The translations under genes and the position numbers were made by a program. A stretch of DNA of 64,000 bases. Origin: Glycera tridactyla (lineage: Eukaryota). Of the stretch, positions 37,595-51,856 are shown piece after piece. The stretch covers positions 1-64,000 of the forward strand of contig CBFFRO010000099.1 of NCBI GenBank assembly GCA_965644265.1. Reading direction: 5' to 3'. The number at the start of each line of letters is the position of its first letter. Position 1 is the stretch's first letter. The notes below the pieces were generated by a model that saw only the letters and a list, made by a program, of their open reading frames with translations, did not search any database and was not told the DNA's origin.

Positions 37595-37756
37595 CAGTCA
37601 AACCTGCTCGAGAGATCGCCTCCTACCTGCAAAGATGAACCACCCTGAGTTGCAACATGATATCCTCTAGAGAAAATGACCTCTATTCAAAGACCACCTG
37701 TCCCCAAAAACCACTTTTCAATGCAACCAGGAGTGGTCTCTGTACATAGGTCCACT
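37595..37756. mobile_element. Degenerate TA-target MITE preceded by a direct duplicate of its left half (~37481-37575); repeated at 49116-49277
   Basis: CAGTCAAACCTGCTCGAGAGATC start; ACCTGCTCGAGAGATC..CTCCTACCTGCAAAGATG appears twice. Confidence 0.7.
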
Positions 37757-38399
37757 CCACCTTACTAGGACATCTAGACTAGAGTAGCATTTTACACTGA
37801 AACAGGTGGGGATAATCTTGGTTTGATTGCATCACTGAGCCTGACCCTACTTCGTCCTGCATATTGAATTTGTACAGGAGCAGATTTTGTAGCAGAATAT
37901 CCAATGTATAAGCAAACGTATAGATATCAAAGTTGTTTTATTTCTTCATACAACCAATACGGGATCGACCTCATTATGAGCATTTATTAGTCAAATTTGG
38001 TAACATGGTTAACTCGATCACAAGCCACCCAGCAGCAACAGCATGGACTCAGTGTGTTCGCACTCTTAAGAAAATTTGGGAAGATTCACCTATTTTGAAT
38101 GATTCACCGTAGCGAACGAATGCTAGGAGGTGGACTGTTCATTTGCCTGTTTGAGTCTAACGTCCTCTCAACCGCCTTGGGTTATATGAGACTGAATAAG
38201 TGAAAATGCTGACATTGCGACATGCCCTGGACCAGCCAGCCCTGTCCATAGAACATGACCAGGCAGTGATCATGATCAGGCTGCTTTCAGAACTGGCAGT
38301 GGGCATTGGAGTGTGCATGGAATCAATCAGATGACTTGATGACATCACACCATGCATTCCCTTTGTTTTTAGCACTGAACCATGTAATTAGCTGAATGC

Positions 38400-38660
38400 T
38401 ATTTATGTTATTCCAATCGACAATTGTTTTCGGTATCAGTCGACACGACTCCAAACTCCAAAGTGTGAGGATCCCATGCCCTAGAGCTGTACTCTAGTAT
38501 TGGTCGTACTAGGATCATATATGATAAAAGTTTCAGTTCTGGACTGCAAGCACCAATATTACGTCTGAGTACGCATAACACTCTACTGGCCCTGCTGCAA
38601 ATGTAATCTATGTGTGTGTTCCAGTTCATTTTTTCATGGAGTTGCACCCCTAGATACCAT
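38400..38660 (-). mobile_element. Truncated non-LTR retrotransposon (L2/CR1-group LINE) ORF2 C-terminal remnant
   Basis: YLGVQLHEKMNWNTHIDYICSRASRVLCVLRRNIGACSPELKLLSYMILVRPILEYSSRAWDPH plus PKTIVDWN, the typical post-RT motifs of these LINEs, with an internal deletion. Confidence 0.9.
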
Positions 38661-39007
38661 GGGTTGGATTCAACTGTTGCCAATGGAGCACCACAAAGGT
38701 GATACTGGTGTAGGTGGTACGTGGTGGTGTAGGTGGAGTTATGTAGGTGATGGTGGTGTTTACTCGAGTGAGGGGAACTGCATCACTGGCGCATGAATAC
38801 AAGCTGCCGATACAAGTTGCTGCTCATTGTTTGAACCAAGCAGACATGTACTTCTATTATACACATAGTAAGGTTTCTATTCCACATAATCACCAGGATG
38901 GCAGTGCTCTAGATTTCATTTCCCATTATAGTTCTTGGTCTACCAATCGCTTATTGGCTCAGGCTGACCTGACCTTGACCGTGACCTCGTCGTTGTCGTT
39001 GTCATTA

Positions 39008-39220
39008 GGCCTATTCGACTGGTAGGTCTCGTTGAAAGTGCATTGACGGAAATTTACTCAACGGTCGTAGCCCACCCGAATAGATTTCGTTTAACGAGTT
39101 CAACGTAGTCAAATGACCGTTGAGATTCGTATGCAATGAAAAAGTGTTGAGTGCCACCTGAATACGAAAAGTGCTCAACAGCCTGGCCGTACTCAACGAA
39201 ACTGACCAGTATAATAGGCC
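39008..39220. mobile_element. GGCCTATT-TIR MITE at the unit 1/2 junction (chimeric)
   Basis: TA flanks; right half matches 27673-27804, while left half and left flank differ. Confidence 0.9.
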
Positions 39221-39626
39221 TATTTACACTGTCCTCTGCTGTTGATATCGAAAGAATGCCCATTTCTCCATGAGCTGTACAACATGGACCCGATGAGATA
39301 GCTGAGGAATAGCTCTTGCGACAATGATGTTTGGAACAGCATCCAGACATGATGATGACGTCAAATTGCTTTTCATGTTTAGAGAGCCAACCAATGAGTT
39401 GCTACTTTTGCTTGTCTTATGATTATTTTTCATGATCTTGGTCTCTGCCCGATAGAATACGGATTGAATAAGAGACTGAATTGTGACCGTCATGTGAAGA
39501 TTTGACGACTCAAGAGGAGCTGGCCTTCAAGTTGCAGGTCCTTTCTCATGCAACAGTGCTTTTTGGGTAGTATGACCTTAGAAATGCTTTATATTCGTGT
39601 GTGTGGTGTTTCTGATGTGTTTTCAG

Positions 39627-39849
39627 TGATGAGCCCGACTTCAAGAAGAGTCAAGGGTCCGTGGAGAGTGGTGGCCTGGGATCAATGGGCGGAAGCGACG
39701 AAGACAGTATGGCCGATTACGACACGGAGGTGGACCCGGGTAAGTTCAATGAGGACGGGTCCTTTATTGGCCAGTACGGTGGCAAGACGAAGAAAGAAGA
39801 GAAAGAGCCCGATGCCGCCTCCCCGTCTGCACTCTCCACTTTTGTATAA
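39627..39849 (+). CDS. Nrg: Duplicated terminal exon, copy 2 (intact; protein identical to copy 1)
   Basis: Acceptor intact; three synonymous differences from copy 1; usage unknown. Confidence 0.8.
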
Positions 39850-42800
39850 TACACCATCCACTCTGTGGCCCCCCTTGATATTATCGAGTGTCCGAAGCAG
39901 ATGCTGTTTTCGTGGTTGAGTCTACATCAATGTATCTGCTTGCGTGGATGTGTGCCAGTGTGACAAAATGCTTGCAACCTGCTCCAGTGACATGTGCCAA
40001 TCTAGACACAGAAACAAGTGCAATATGGAGGTCCGTTTCATTTCTGGAAGCTGCAGTCTTCATGGTCATTCGTGGTGGTTCAGAGGTCGACAAGCACCAT
40101 TATTTTCCGTAGGAATCGAGAGATTGGAAGTACCGGTTCATCAGATGGCTTCGAGATAATCGCTAGTGTTCCTTCGTTCATTGACCGTGAAAATATTTCA
40201 GGCATTTGTGATAATGTAACAATGTCAGGTCATCTTGGTCAGAAGGTGCTAGCCAGTTTCGAATCGACAGGGATTGAGCAGCTCTCAGGGGACCTCCTGG
40301 ACCTTCAAATCCATCATGTGGGCCAAACCCCGAAATGTACTTAGCAGGACTGAATCTTCAAATCATTGAGCGAAAGAAAACATCACAGGAATCTGCAATG
40401 AACACTTAACCGGTGGCATGTGCTGGATTTGCTTCGTGCTGTTTTGACTCGTATTCAATTTCGTGTTTGTGTGCGTAACTTTAAGACGTCCTGGTCTGAC
40501 AGAAGCTGGAGCAGTCATAGTCGGGGGGCAAGAGGTCAGCCCGTCTCATACACAAACCAAAGGAAGCAGACATTACCAGATCTGAGATAGGAAAATGACT
40601 GATATTGGTCGATGTTGGACCACGTAAAAATTTCTGCTATTCAAGGTGGACTTGTTAGGAGCATTGATGCTGTGTAGAAACGGCCGAGAGCAAAGCAAGT
40701 GACAATGCACCTTTAGTTGGCCTAAGAGTGAATTCTCAGCCATCGCTTGTTTTCTGCAAATCCTGGTGGTGAATGATGCTTCTTGTCAAGCATGCAGTGG
40801 TCGGTAGATGATCTCATGCCTGCCAAGATACTCCAGGCACTGTCACCATGATTGGAAAAGAATTGATGTCCGGGAATTGACACTTTGGCCCTTTAGTTTT
40901 GATCTGACGTTTGCTTCATTGTGCATCTAGCATGGTTTCTGTTGATGAGTTATAGTATTTTGTTTGTGCTGAATAGGATCCCGAGTCATGGTATCAGCCA
41001 CTCGTGTAACAGTGGCTGATTGTGCATGTATGGATGGTGGTGAATACTCATTCTTGGACCGTAGCTCAAGAAATTTCATGATTCGTTCCTATCCGATCTG
41101 TTAATTTTATGATGAGGTATTCGCAAATGGGTGTACTTAGATGTGTATACTTGACCACAAAATCCTCTCTGTTTGAGCAAGTAAATTCTTGACTTGCAAG
41201 CAATCTCTAGTTTCTCTTGAGATATGCTTTGATTATCTACTTCACTCCAGAACAGTGATGTTTGCATATTGTTTATCTGGAAGACAGTAAGGATCCTTGA
41301 TGATATCTCTTTTCGATTTGACATGCAATCAAAACAACTATATTTAGATATACATTTGTCACTGGCATCTTGGTGTTCTATTCAGCACTCACGAAAAATA
41401 TACTCACTATCATATTTTTTGAAATAAAGTTGCCTTATATTTTTTGAAACTGTGCTTCAACTATGCATGTGGTACACACTTTAGTCAGATTTTGTTCCTG
41501 TATTAGCTTTATGAAAGCGCCATCTAATGGTGGGACTGAGGAGAGATTAATTATGCTGCTTGGTCTAGAGATGGCGCTAGTTGTAGTCATGAGTCCATTA
41601 TTTTCACTGGTCCCCCTATGTCTGTTTTCATGCCATGTGTGTATTTCACTGCCAAAACCCATCATCATACGTAGAACTGTACATAGACATTGTGAAGGTG
41701 TGTATGCAAGTGTGAGCTTGAGCGTGAGGGTATGCGTGCAATCGTGTGTGCTTGAGCATGTGTGTGAGTGATAGATGGGTGCTTGCATAATCACACTTAC
41801 AGTACAGTGGCAATATGGGCCATAGCTGAATCTTGCTTTTTAAACGTGCTATAAGATCACACCATTTGTTATTGTCACTTAGGAATAACCTCTATGGAAT
41901 CGTGTAAGGTTGTAAGCAGCATAGTATCTCTAGAAGAGGGAGCATATCAGCTCGGTATGATGAAAGAAAATGCATCAAATCTGCATCAAGTTGACAGAAT
42001 CGAAACCAAAGTTTACTCACTGCACAATCTGAGGGAACATCATAAGTAATAGTGGCAGATTTTGATGGATAAAGGCAAATGACTCTCGCACTGTTTTCTC
42101 TGTCTATGTCAAAAGTGGATTTCTCTTTTTGAATGATGAGTGAGATTGGAGAAACCAACCTGATGGAGAGAAGGGTGATAGTTTTGCAATGGGCCAGTTC
42201 AGGTGTGAAATCAACTGATCCACAAAGTGTATTAAAGAGAAATACTGGTCACAAATATGGGACTGGAATGTCAATCGCTGAAATGTGTATATTCGAACGA
42301 TTACAGTGTTCATAGCAGGACAAGACAGTCGATGAATAATATGGAATGTGCAGTTGTCCATGTATTATGTGAGTGTTGTGGGATATACAAGGGTATTGTT
42401 ACTTGTTCTAAATAATTCAAGTTGCAGTGAAATGTGTCTGCTTGCATCGCTGTCTTTTGATGACCTCGTGACATTCTCTGTCATGAGAGAACATAAGAGT
42501 TGACAACAGTTTCATATAACTTGCCATTGAAATTTATGACCAATTGCTAGCTGTATGTGGATTGGTTTGTACAAGTAAATGTCTGGTTAGGCGAAACAAT
42601 TATCCTGATTATTTATTAATGTTTTTTCGTTTCTCCTAATGATATTAAAATCGTAATTCAGTTCACTGTTGCATCACCATGGAAAGATGACATTTCAAAA
42701 AATTGATGATGATGAATAGATGAACAGATAAATGCATATAGAAATAGATAAATTGAAGGACAGTTTGATGAAGATAGTGAGAAATTGTTTGTTGGGGATT

Positions 42801-44211
42801 TTTTTGTATCATTGATTACATGAAATGGACCTGTGAGATGGCAAAACTTCTCCCTTTTGGTAACCCACTGAGGAATTATGGCAACATACATCCATGGCTG
42901 GGACCATGTCTGATTTCGAATGATAACAATTGAAATGTGAAATAATAATTGCGCAACAGGTCACAACTGGATGGATTTTTTGAGATCCAATTGAGTCTTC
43001 CTGACGGCTTTTAGATTAGGGGCATGGTGGCTGTCAACCACTTGCTTCATGTGTCCACCTGTTTTGTGTCCTCAGGTGCCATCTGGCTGGATGTTTCAGA
43101 ACAGATGATTTTTAAGAATATGTGGCATCATATTCAGAATGTAGCTTCAATTTATCAACATTTCTGCTTTCTGATTGTTCAGTTGCTTTATTTGCCTTCG
43201 CATTCACATCATCTGATGTCAGGTGAATGTTTTTCTTTGTTATCTTCAGTCTGTTCATTTAATGATTTGCACATTATATTATCAGTATTTTGTTTTTCAT
43301 GAACAAAGGTGCTTGTATGCCTGGCCCATGTCAGTTTATATTTGAGTAAATATGAGTTTGTACTGTTATTTGTAGAATTTGTATTATACCAGTCTATTGT
43401 TCAGCCGGAACCACTTCATGACTCCATGTCATGCATTTGAACAGAGAAGGATCAGGCATGGTTGCTCGAATCACTGCTATTTTAACCAATGATGCTGACA
43501 GATTTTCTGTTTCCCTACTCTCTTGTGTTCAGGGTCTCTGCAAGTGACAATGCCGAGACCCCCAGTAGGTCTGGAAGGCATGGCATACATAACCATCAGC
43601 TTGATTCATGCCATTGAACTCTAACAAACCAACAAACGGTATCTTATTACAATACAAAGGATATTCTCTTTGGGTAGAATGCAATCAAGACGGGGTCTCA
43701 GTAGAACATCTGTAATGCACGACCACAAGGTATAATGCCAGAATTTGAATTTCATGACAAAGATTGCTTGGTAGCTAGTCAGTATAAGAGGACAATCAGA
43801 AACCAGTCAGCGCTTTCGTGTCAATTTCTGCAGGATAAGCCAACTTACCTCATATTCACATTACGTTTACTGTCCAAAATCATCAATATAATCAGAGAGA
43901 GCAAATCATGATCATCGATACTGTCCTATGTACAAGTTAAGAGTATACAGTGGGTTATTTGGGTATGGCAGCAGAGTTCTGGTGGCCATCTTTGTGTAGT
44001 ATACCATTAAAGTGTGTTGCTTTGTTCTGAGTCAATGCTGCCATCATCCGGCAGTCGTCTTTTTTGGTGGCTTGTGTGTACCATACTAGTCATCTCACTA
44101 TATTATGAGAGTCATGTATAAAAAAGGAACTGAATCTGTTTATTTTGATATCTGTATGTTAAATGTTGGATGTTTTACTATGATGGAAAGATGTCATTAT
44201 TCAGATTTGTC

Positions 44212-44217
44212 AATAAA
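44212..44217 (+). promoter_or_regulatory. Distal polyadenylation signal, copy 2
   Basis: AATAAA at the position homologous to 32805. Confidence 0.5.
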
Positions 44218-44310
44218 AGATGTTTGTCCAACCAGTGTCTCTGGTTAGACTGTATGAACATGGCTGCTTATTATAGTATCTTTGGTGTGGTTGGTGCATC
44301 GGAGTGAGCT

Positions 44311-44358
<48 letters not shown>

Positions 44359-47300
44359 TCATGAGTGAGTATATGTCTGAGTCCACGTGTGTGTACAGTT
44401 TGTGTCTTGCAGCTAGTGACGAGCCATTGTATCATGTTCACTTTGTTTATGGGGACATCTTGACTCTTGGAGTGTTGTCTGAATCGTCATCGGATTGGAA
44501 CACTGCTAATTATTGTTTCACTTGACGACTGTTAAACCCAGTAAAGTCATACCATATGGAATGCAATATCACCTACTATCAGCATCAAATATGCAGCCAC
44601 AAAAAAAGCATGTTTGTAATGGGCGCCCTCTAATGTTTAAGCCACCAATCCCACAATGTTGTGAAGAATCTAGACCTCGGATTGGGATGATTATTCCCAG
44701 TGATTCTGACAGGTCAGTACAGGAGAGATGGTCAGTAAAAAAAGTGTCCAACATAGCCCATGCTAGTTGCGCAAAAACAGCATGGTAACAGTATATGTAG
44801 TTACTATATCACTCCGGTATGATTACTATGGTTTCAAGATTTAGTGCAATCATCATAGTTTCCAGTCCTTGCAATAATAATCATTGCCTTGGTATGGTTT
44901 GAATACTATGGTAGTAACCATCACATGAGTTAATCAAACATGGTTTTCCAATATCTGGAGGATAATCTTGTTGAGCTGGCTATGATAATATAGTGCTAGT
45001 TTTGGGTAACAAGATGTATTGATGATAAGGATTGTTGGCCGTAGGTGATGTTTCAATCAATCTGTGGTTTCAGTTTGCTGGGTTTATTGATGTCTTAATT
45101 TACCATAGACACTTCTAGGGTGAGCCGTGTAATGTGGGAATCTTGATGAGTGCTTGAGTCACAGAGTATGAGCTTGATTAGGATAGCTGTATTTATTCTT
45201 GCAAAGTGAGTCTTTGCGAGTGGTGCATCCACCCGCACTTAATCCGATGCTTTCACTTGTTGAAAATAAAATTTGTGCTTACTCCATATTGTGTGCAAGT
45301 GTGGAACAGATATGTGGCTTTTGAATATAAATATATATGACAGCTAGTGCGTGGGTGTGTGGAGTGAAGAACATTGCAGTCATAATGATGTCTATGTATT
45401 TGGCTGTATACTGAGAGTACATTGCTTGTGGCCCATTCTTTTTCGCTGAACGCTGGTCTGATTGCAAGACAACAGACCATATCAAGCACCTTGTTATGAT
45501 ACCATTGCATGCATGTGCATGTAAGAGAGAGCCAGCCACTGTCCTCAAGAAATGTGTACACATACTTATCATCTAGGGAATACTGTATTTTGATTCAAAT
45601 CGGCTTGAGTGTGTTTTTCACCTTCCTCCTCTTCTGTGCGATGTTTCGTTCACCAACTTACAAAATCGAGCATGGATTGAAGGTGTATTTGATTTGTCTT
45701 CTCAATCCATGTAATGCCACACTAAAATCTTTAACCCAAATTATGTTTATCATATTTGTGATAATTTTTACCGTGTCCTCTTTCTCTTGAATCCCATTTT
45801 GATGCTTTGTTAATCAATGTTGGGAGGCAGATCTGCTTGTGAGCGACTAGTGGATAGCTTTTGATAGTCAATGGTGGTGTACATGTTGTCCGATGCACAG
45901 TTGGATTTGGTTGCCTTCTTCACTGTTGAAGATGAATGTATCAGAGGTAATACACTGATTATTAGATTGAGAATGATGCCGGTAGAGCATCCAGCTTTCA
46001 TAGAACACTGAGCATACATAATCCTTCATGTTGATACAAGCCATTAATCCCCTAACCAAACAAGGGTCAGAATGAGAAAGGGATAATGCTTTGCAAGAGC
46101 TTTGGTGCCATCTCTAGCCGTTTGGAAGTCTCAAACATTGTCTGTTTAATCATCCTCTGTGCTGTGAGCATCATTCCATAAAAGTTTGAAGCCAGATAGT
46201 CTAATAGTTGAGTTTGGTCCATAAGAGCATATGATTTTAATGCAGTGACACTGCTTCCACGGTTTCGATTTCAAAGCAATGGAAAGCTGGACATTAATTC
46301 TGACTATCTTAATGAGTGAAGACAAGTGGAAATAAGCCTTTGGATTTGAAAGCAATGGGAAGCTGGACATTAATTCTGATTATCAATATAAGCGAAGACA
46401 AGTGGGAATAAGCCATATGGTTTTTAGAGCAATGAATAACTAGACGTAATTCTGACCATGTTAATGAGAGAATACAAGTGGTCAGCCTACTCTTGCTGAC
46501 GCTAATTGGCAAGAGGTTTCACATCATGGCCTCCTAGTAATTGTGTTGACTGTTGGTGAAAATCAGCCATGGAAGAGAATCATTTCAATATCAGCCATGG
46601 AAGAGAATCATTACTTTTGGATGGGTGAGACGCAATAGGTTTGATATTGGTGTAATTCCATATCTTTCAATTCTTGTTCTAGTTATCAATATTCACCTCT
46701 ATCCTTACATTTGATTGTGTGATTGTTTTGGAACTGGTTGTTGGGCATTTGGTGCATCAGCTAATACACTGACTTCCTTTAAGCTGCGGATGATGTGGAT
46801 CAAGCCTTGGCATCATTATTCCACTAAATATTTGGTGTGGGGCAGGTTACGGGTCGTTGCTAGCCGACAATGCACCATTTGTGGCCCCAAACCAATTGCA
46901 TCCTTGGATGGCATAAGCCATAGTCATCTCCCTTCAGTGATTTGCCACTCAGACACACCACCTTGGTGAGGACCTCAGCCATCTCAAATTCATTATCAGT
47001 ATTGCAAATATTTTTGTTCAACTTATTGCTTATGGGTATATCTGTTTTGATAAGATAGTGACACTGCTCATCCGAGTTAACAACTGACATTCAAGTTGCT
47101 ATAATACTCATATGATTATTTATTGATGAACAGGTGCCATTGTATCTCATTCCCAATACTCGTCATCATTAGTTGGCTTGATGTGTATCTGGTGGCATTC
47201 ACTGATGGCATCACCTTCACCTGCATCCCCATCAACCGCCTGATGCCCAGCATCCGATTCATCCTTCGCTGGATGAACTCAACTCGATCATGATCCTATG

Positions 47301-49969
47301 ATAGATGTGGAAGCTTCATGCCATAGGATTATAGAGTGAAGTGAACTTCTTTCAGCAATGGATCGAATCACGAACCATCTTGTCATCAGGGTTTATGTTA
47401 CAGTTGAACACATTTTTTGAGTTTCACATAAGTTTGTAATGAATCCTCCTGTCCTTCCAAGAGAAGGACTTTGATTAAAGCTTTCCTCGTTATTTTGTAT
47501 GCCACTGATGTATGTTGAATAAAATTTCATGTATCAAAATAGGCTGTGTATGTCTTTCGTGTTCTCTTCCAAGGTATGAGTGTGTGAAATGACATGTTGG
47601 GAATTGTATAAGCATCATCTTCCTTTTTTCTTCTGGCAACCAGGCCTGATCACAATAATTGCACTGGATGAATTTGATAGTAGAATTTCAACAACCAATG
47701 GGGACCCAGATGGAGAAGTCTTGAATGATCCAAATCCATACCAATTGCACGGGCATCAAGAACCTTATCCTATGAATTTAATTCAAGGCCGAATTTTGAA
47801 GTTTCTCGAATAATTCTCTTCGGAGGACCAGTAGAGATCTGAATAAGGTACATTGAGAGCTATGTGATATTCTTTACAAACAGATTCCAATAGCCCTTGC
47901 TGCTTGATTGACAGCAGCATGCATTCTCTTGCAAAACGTCAACAATTGTTAGCTGCAACTGGACACCCTGCTGCATTTGGGGCCATTGGACTTGAGTTCA
48001 TGTTAGAATGGAGCAAACATCCAAGGGGCTGCAGCATGAAGCACATATGACACTGGATCAGTGCCCTCCTATACAGCCAATTTCTGAGCCTACAAGGAAC
48101 TATAAAAACAAATTTCATGTAACATCGCAGTATGATAATGATATAGCTGGAAGAACAGGGATACGAACAAGAAACGCTAGAGCTTGCTCCCAAACCAAGT
48201 TTCCAAGACATCCAGGGAAAACCTGCTGATGAAGACGCCTGGCAACCTAAAACAGGAACAGAAACCAAGATTGCCTATCCTCATAATACATGGACAGGGT
48301 ATACCAAATGTGACAAAGTCTAAATTATAGAAACAGGACAACTACAGAATTCTCCACAATGATAAATGAATACACAACATCATAGAAGATAGAGAAGATG
48401 GAACTGAATCTACTAACTCATGAGTTTTTCCCCATGAGGGAAAATAAGACATATTCACCCTTTGTATCGTGACAACATATACCAAGTACCTATTCACACC
48501 TGAGTGAAGTAATGTGATGGTCCCATTCAGTGCTGTCCACACACATGCAAGTACCTCCTGTGCAAGAAGTGCAGATCCTATAGATCTGTGTGATGGTGCA
48601 GGTATGTTACTGAATGGTGAACCTTGTCCATTTCGGTCACCCATCTGAGGAGGAGCCCTGTGTCAGGTTGCCGAAACACCATTCAGTGAACCGGCTGTGA
48701 GAATAGGGTCAATAGATATTGAATCATGTTGTCAGCAGTTTGTGGTTTACCTCTCCAAATACGCTTCTCTTTTTCATAATTACGAACTCTCACCTCTAAA
48801 TCCATTGAGGGCCCAAGAGGCAGTATCAGTGACTTGAGCAACTAGATTTCACACATTCAAATAGCATGAGTGCCACAGTATAGCCCTGGTGGTGCAAAGA
48901 AGATGGTAAGTAACTGATCAATCCACATTCTCATGAAGGTACTGTTGTGCTGATGTATCACAAGATTTGGTTGCCAAGTAAGATCTCGGTTACTGTCTGA
49001 ACAGTCAGACCTGCTCGAGAGATCACCTCCTACCTGCAAAGATGGATCACCCTGAGTTGCAACATGACATTATTCTCTACGGAAAACAACCTCTATCACT
49101 GGCACAATGCCTGTACAGTCAAACCTGCTCGAGAGATCGCCTCCTACCTGCAAAGATGAACCACCCTGAGTTGCAACATGATATCCTCTAGAGAAAATGA
49201 CCTCTATTCAAAGACCACCTGTCCCAAAAAACCACTTTTCAATGCAACCAGGAGTGGTCTCTGTACATAGGTCCACTCTACCTTACTAGGACATCTAGAC
49301 TAGAGTAGCATTTTACACTGAAACAGGTGGGGATCATCTTGGTTTGATTGCATCACTGAGCCTGACCCTACTTCGTCCTGCATATTGAATTTGTACAGGA
49401 GCAGATTTTGTAGCAAAATATCCAATGTATAAGCAAACGTATAGATATCAAAGTTGTTTTATTTCTTCATACAACCAATACGGGATCGACCTCATTATGA
49501 GCATTTATTAGTCAAATTTGGTATGCCAAACTATCGAATGCTGATTTATGCTTAGCAAAAAAAATCTGGTAACATGGTTAACTGGATCACAAGCCACCCA
49601 GCAGCAACAGCATGGACTCAGTGTGTTCGCACTCTTAAGAAAATTTGGGAAGATTCACCTATTTTGAATGATTCACCGTAGCGAACGAATGCTAGGAGGT
49701 GGACTGTTCATTTGCCTGTTTGAGTCTAACGTCCTCTCAACCGCCTTGGGTTATATGAGACTGAATAAGTGAAAATGCTGACATTGCGACATGCCCTGGA
49801 CCAGCCAGCCCTGTCCATAGAACATGACTAGGCAGTGATCATGATCAGGCTGCTTTCAGAACTGGCAGTGGGCATTGGAGTGTGCATGGAATTAATCAGA
49901 TGACTTGATGACATCACACCATGCATTCCCTTTGTTTTAGCACTGAACCATGTAATTAGCTGAATGCTA

Positions 49970-50225
49970 TCTATGTTATTCCAATCGACAATTGTTTTCG
50001 GTATCAGTCGACACGACTCCAAACTCCAAAGTATGAGGATCCCATGCCCTAGATCTGTACTCTAGTATTGGTCGTACTAGGATCATATATGATAAAAGTT
50101 TCAGTTCTGGACTGCAAGCACCAATATTGCGTCTGAGTACGCATAACACTCTACTGGCCCTGCTGCAAATGTAATCTATGTGTGTGTTCCAGTTCATTTT
50201 TCATGGAGTTGCACCCCTAGATACC
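49970..50225 (-). mobile_element. LINE ORF2 remnant, copy 2 (extra 1-nt frameshift)
   Basis: MNWNTHIDY...LVRPILEY...WDPH and PKTIVDWN; T-run one base shorter than in copy 1. Confidence 0.9.
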
Positions 50226-50574
50226 ATGGGTTGGATTCAACTGTTGCCAATGGAGCACCACAAAGGTGATACTGGTGTAGGTGGAACGTGGTGGTGTAGG
50301 TGGAGTTATGTAGGTGATGGTGGTGTTTACTCAAGTGAGGGGAACTGCATCACTGGCGCATGAATACAAGCTGCCGACACAAGTTGCTGCTCATTGTTTG
50401 AACCAAGCAGACATGTACTTCTATTATACACATAGTAAGGTTTCTATTCCACATAATCACCAGGATGGCAGTGCTCTAGATTTCATTTCCCATTATAGTT
50501 CTTGGTCTACCAATCTCTTATTGGCTCAGGCTGACCTGACCTTGACGGTGACCTCGTCGTTGTCGTTGTCGTTA

Positions 50575-50786
50575 GGCCTATTCGACTGGTAGGTCTCGTT
50601 GAAAGTGCATTTACGGAAATTTACTTAACGGTCGTAGCCCACCCGAATAGGTTTCGTTTAACGAGTTCAACGTAGTCAAATAACCGTTGAGATTCGTATG
50701 CAATGAAAAAGTGTTGAGTGCCACCCGAATACGAAAAGTGCTCAACAGCCTGGCCGTACTCAACGAAACCGACAGTCTAATAGGCA
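50575..50786. mobile_element. GGCCTATT-TIR MITE at the unit 2/3 junction (chimeric)
   Basis: Same structure as 39008-39220. Confidence 0.9.
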
Positions 50787-51192
50787 TATTTACACTGTCC
50801 TCTGCTGTTGATATCGAAAGAATGCCCATTTCTTCATGAGCTGTACAACATGGACCCGATGAGATAGCTGAGGAATAGCTCTTGCGACAATGATGTTTGG
50901 AACAGCATCCAGACATGATGATGACGTCAAATTGCTTTTCATGTTTAGAGAGCCAACCAATGAGTTGCTACTTTTGCTTGTCTTATGATTATTTTTCATG
51001 ATCTTGGTCTCTGCCCGATAGAATACGGATTGAATAAGAGACTGAATTGTGACCGTCATGTGAAGATTTGACGACTCAAGAGGAGCTGGCCTTCAAGTTG
51101 CAGGTCCTTTCTCATGCAGCAGTGCTTTTTGGGTAGTATGACCTCAGAAATGCTTTATATTCATTTGTGTGGTGTTTCTGATGTGTTTTCAG

Positions 51193-51415
51193 TGATGAGC
51201 CCGACTTCAAGAAGAGTCAAGGGTCCATGGAGAGTGGTGGCCTGGGATCAATGGGCGGAAGCGATGAAGACAGTATGGCCGATTACGACACGGAAGTGGA
51301 CCCGGGTAAGTTCAACGAGGACGGGTCCTTTATTGGCCAGTACGGCGGCAAGACGAAGAAAGAAGAGAAAGAGCCCGATGCCGCCTCCCTGTCTGCACTC
51401 TCCACTTTTGTATAA
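51193..51415 (+). CDS. Nrg: Duplicated terminal exon, copy 3 (intact; V>M and P>L relative to copy 1)
   Basis: Acceptor and stop intact; GTG>ATG and CCG>CTG plus three synonymous differences from copy 1. Confidence 0.8.
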
Positions 51416-51856
51416 TACACCATCCACTCTGTGGCCCCCCTTGATATTATCGAGTGTCCGAAGCAGATGCTGTTTTCGTGGTTGAGTCTACATCAATGTA
51501 TCTGCTTGCGTGGATGTGTGCCAGTGTGACAAAATGCTTGCAACCTGCTCCAGTGACATGTGCCAATCTAGACACAGAAACAAGTGCAATATGGAGGTCC
51601 GTTTCATTTCTGGAAGCTGCAGTCTTCATGGTCATTCGTGGTGGTTCAGAGGTCGACAAGCACCATTATTTTCCGTAGGAATCGAGAGATTGGAAGTGCC
51701 GGTTCATCAGATGGCTTCGAGATAATCGCTGGTGTTCCGTCGTTCATTGACCGTGAAAATATTTCAGGCATTTGTGATAATGTAACAATGTCAGGTCATC
51801 TTGGTCAGAAGGTGCTAGCCAGTTTCGAATCGACAGGGATTGAGCAGCTCTCAGGG

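Larger units (their letters stand above)
27673..39088 (+). repeat. Tandem segmental unit 1 (~11.4 kb): intron end, terminal exon, 3'UTR, downstream flank
   Basis: Colinear, roughly 97-99% identical by eye to 39089-50655 and 50656 onward; offsets 11,412-11,416 bp. Confidence 0.97.
39089..50655 (+). repeat. Tandem segmental unit 2 (~11.57 kb)
   Basis: Colinear with units 1 and 3. Confidence 0.97.

Noticed and set aside
46266-46460. Regularly spaced repeats that could be taken for a CRISPR array
   Set aside because: Eukaryotic context; contiguous degenerate 76-bp units without unique spacers; no cas genes
47580-47813. ITIIALDEFD, resembling a Walker B motif
   Set aside because: No Walker A; motif is changed in the other copies (IIELDEFD, MIALDEFS); surrounded by stops
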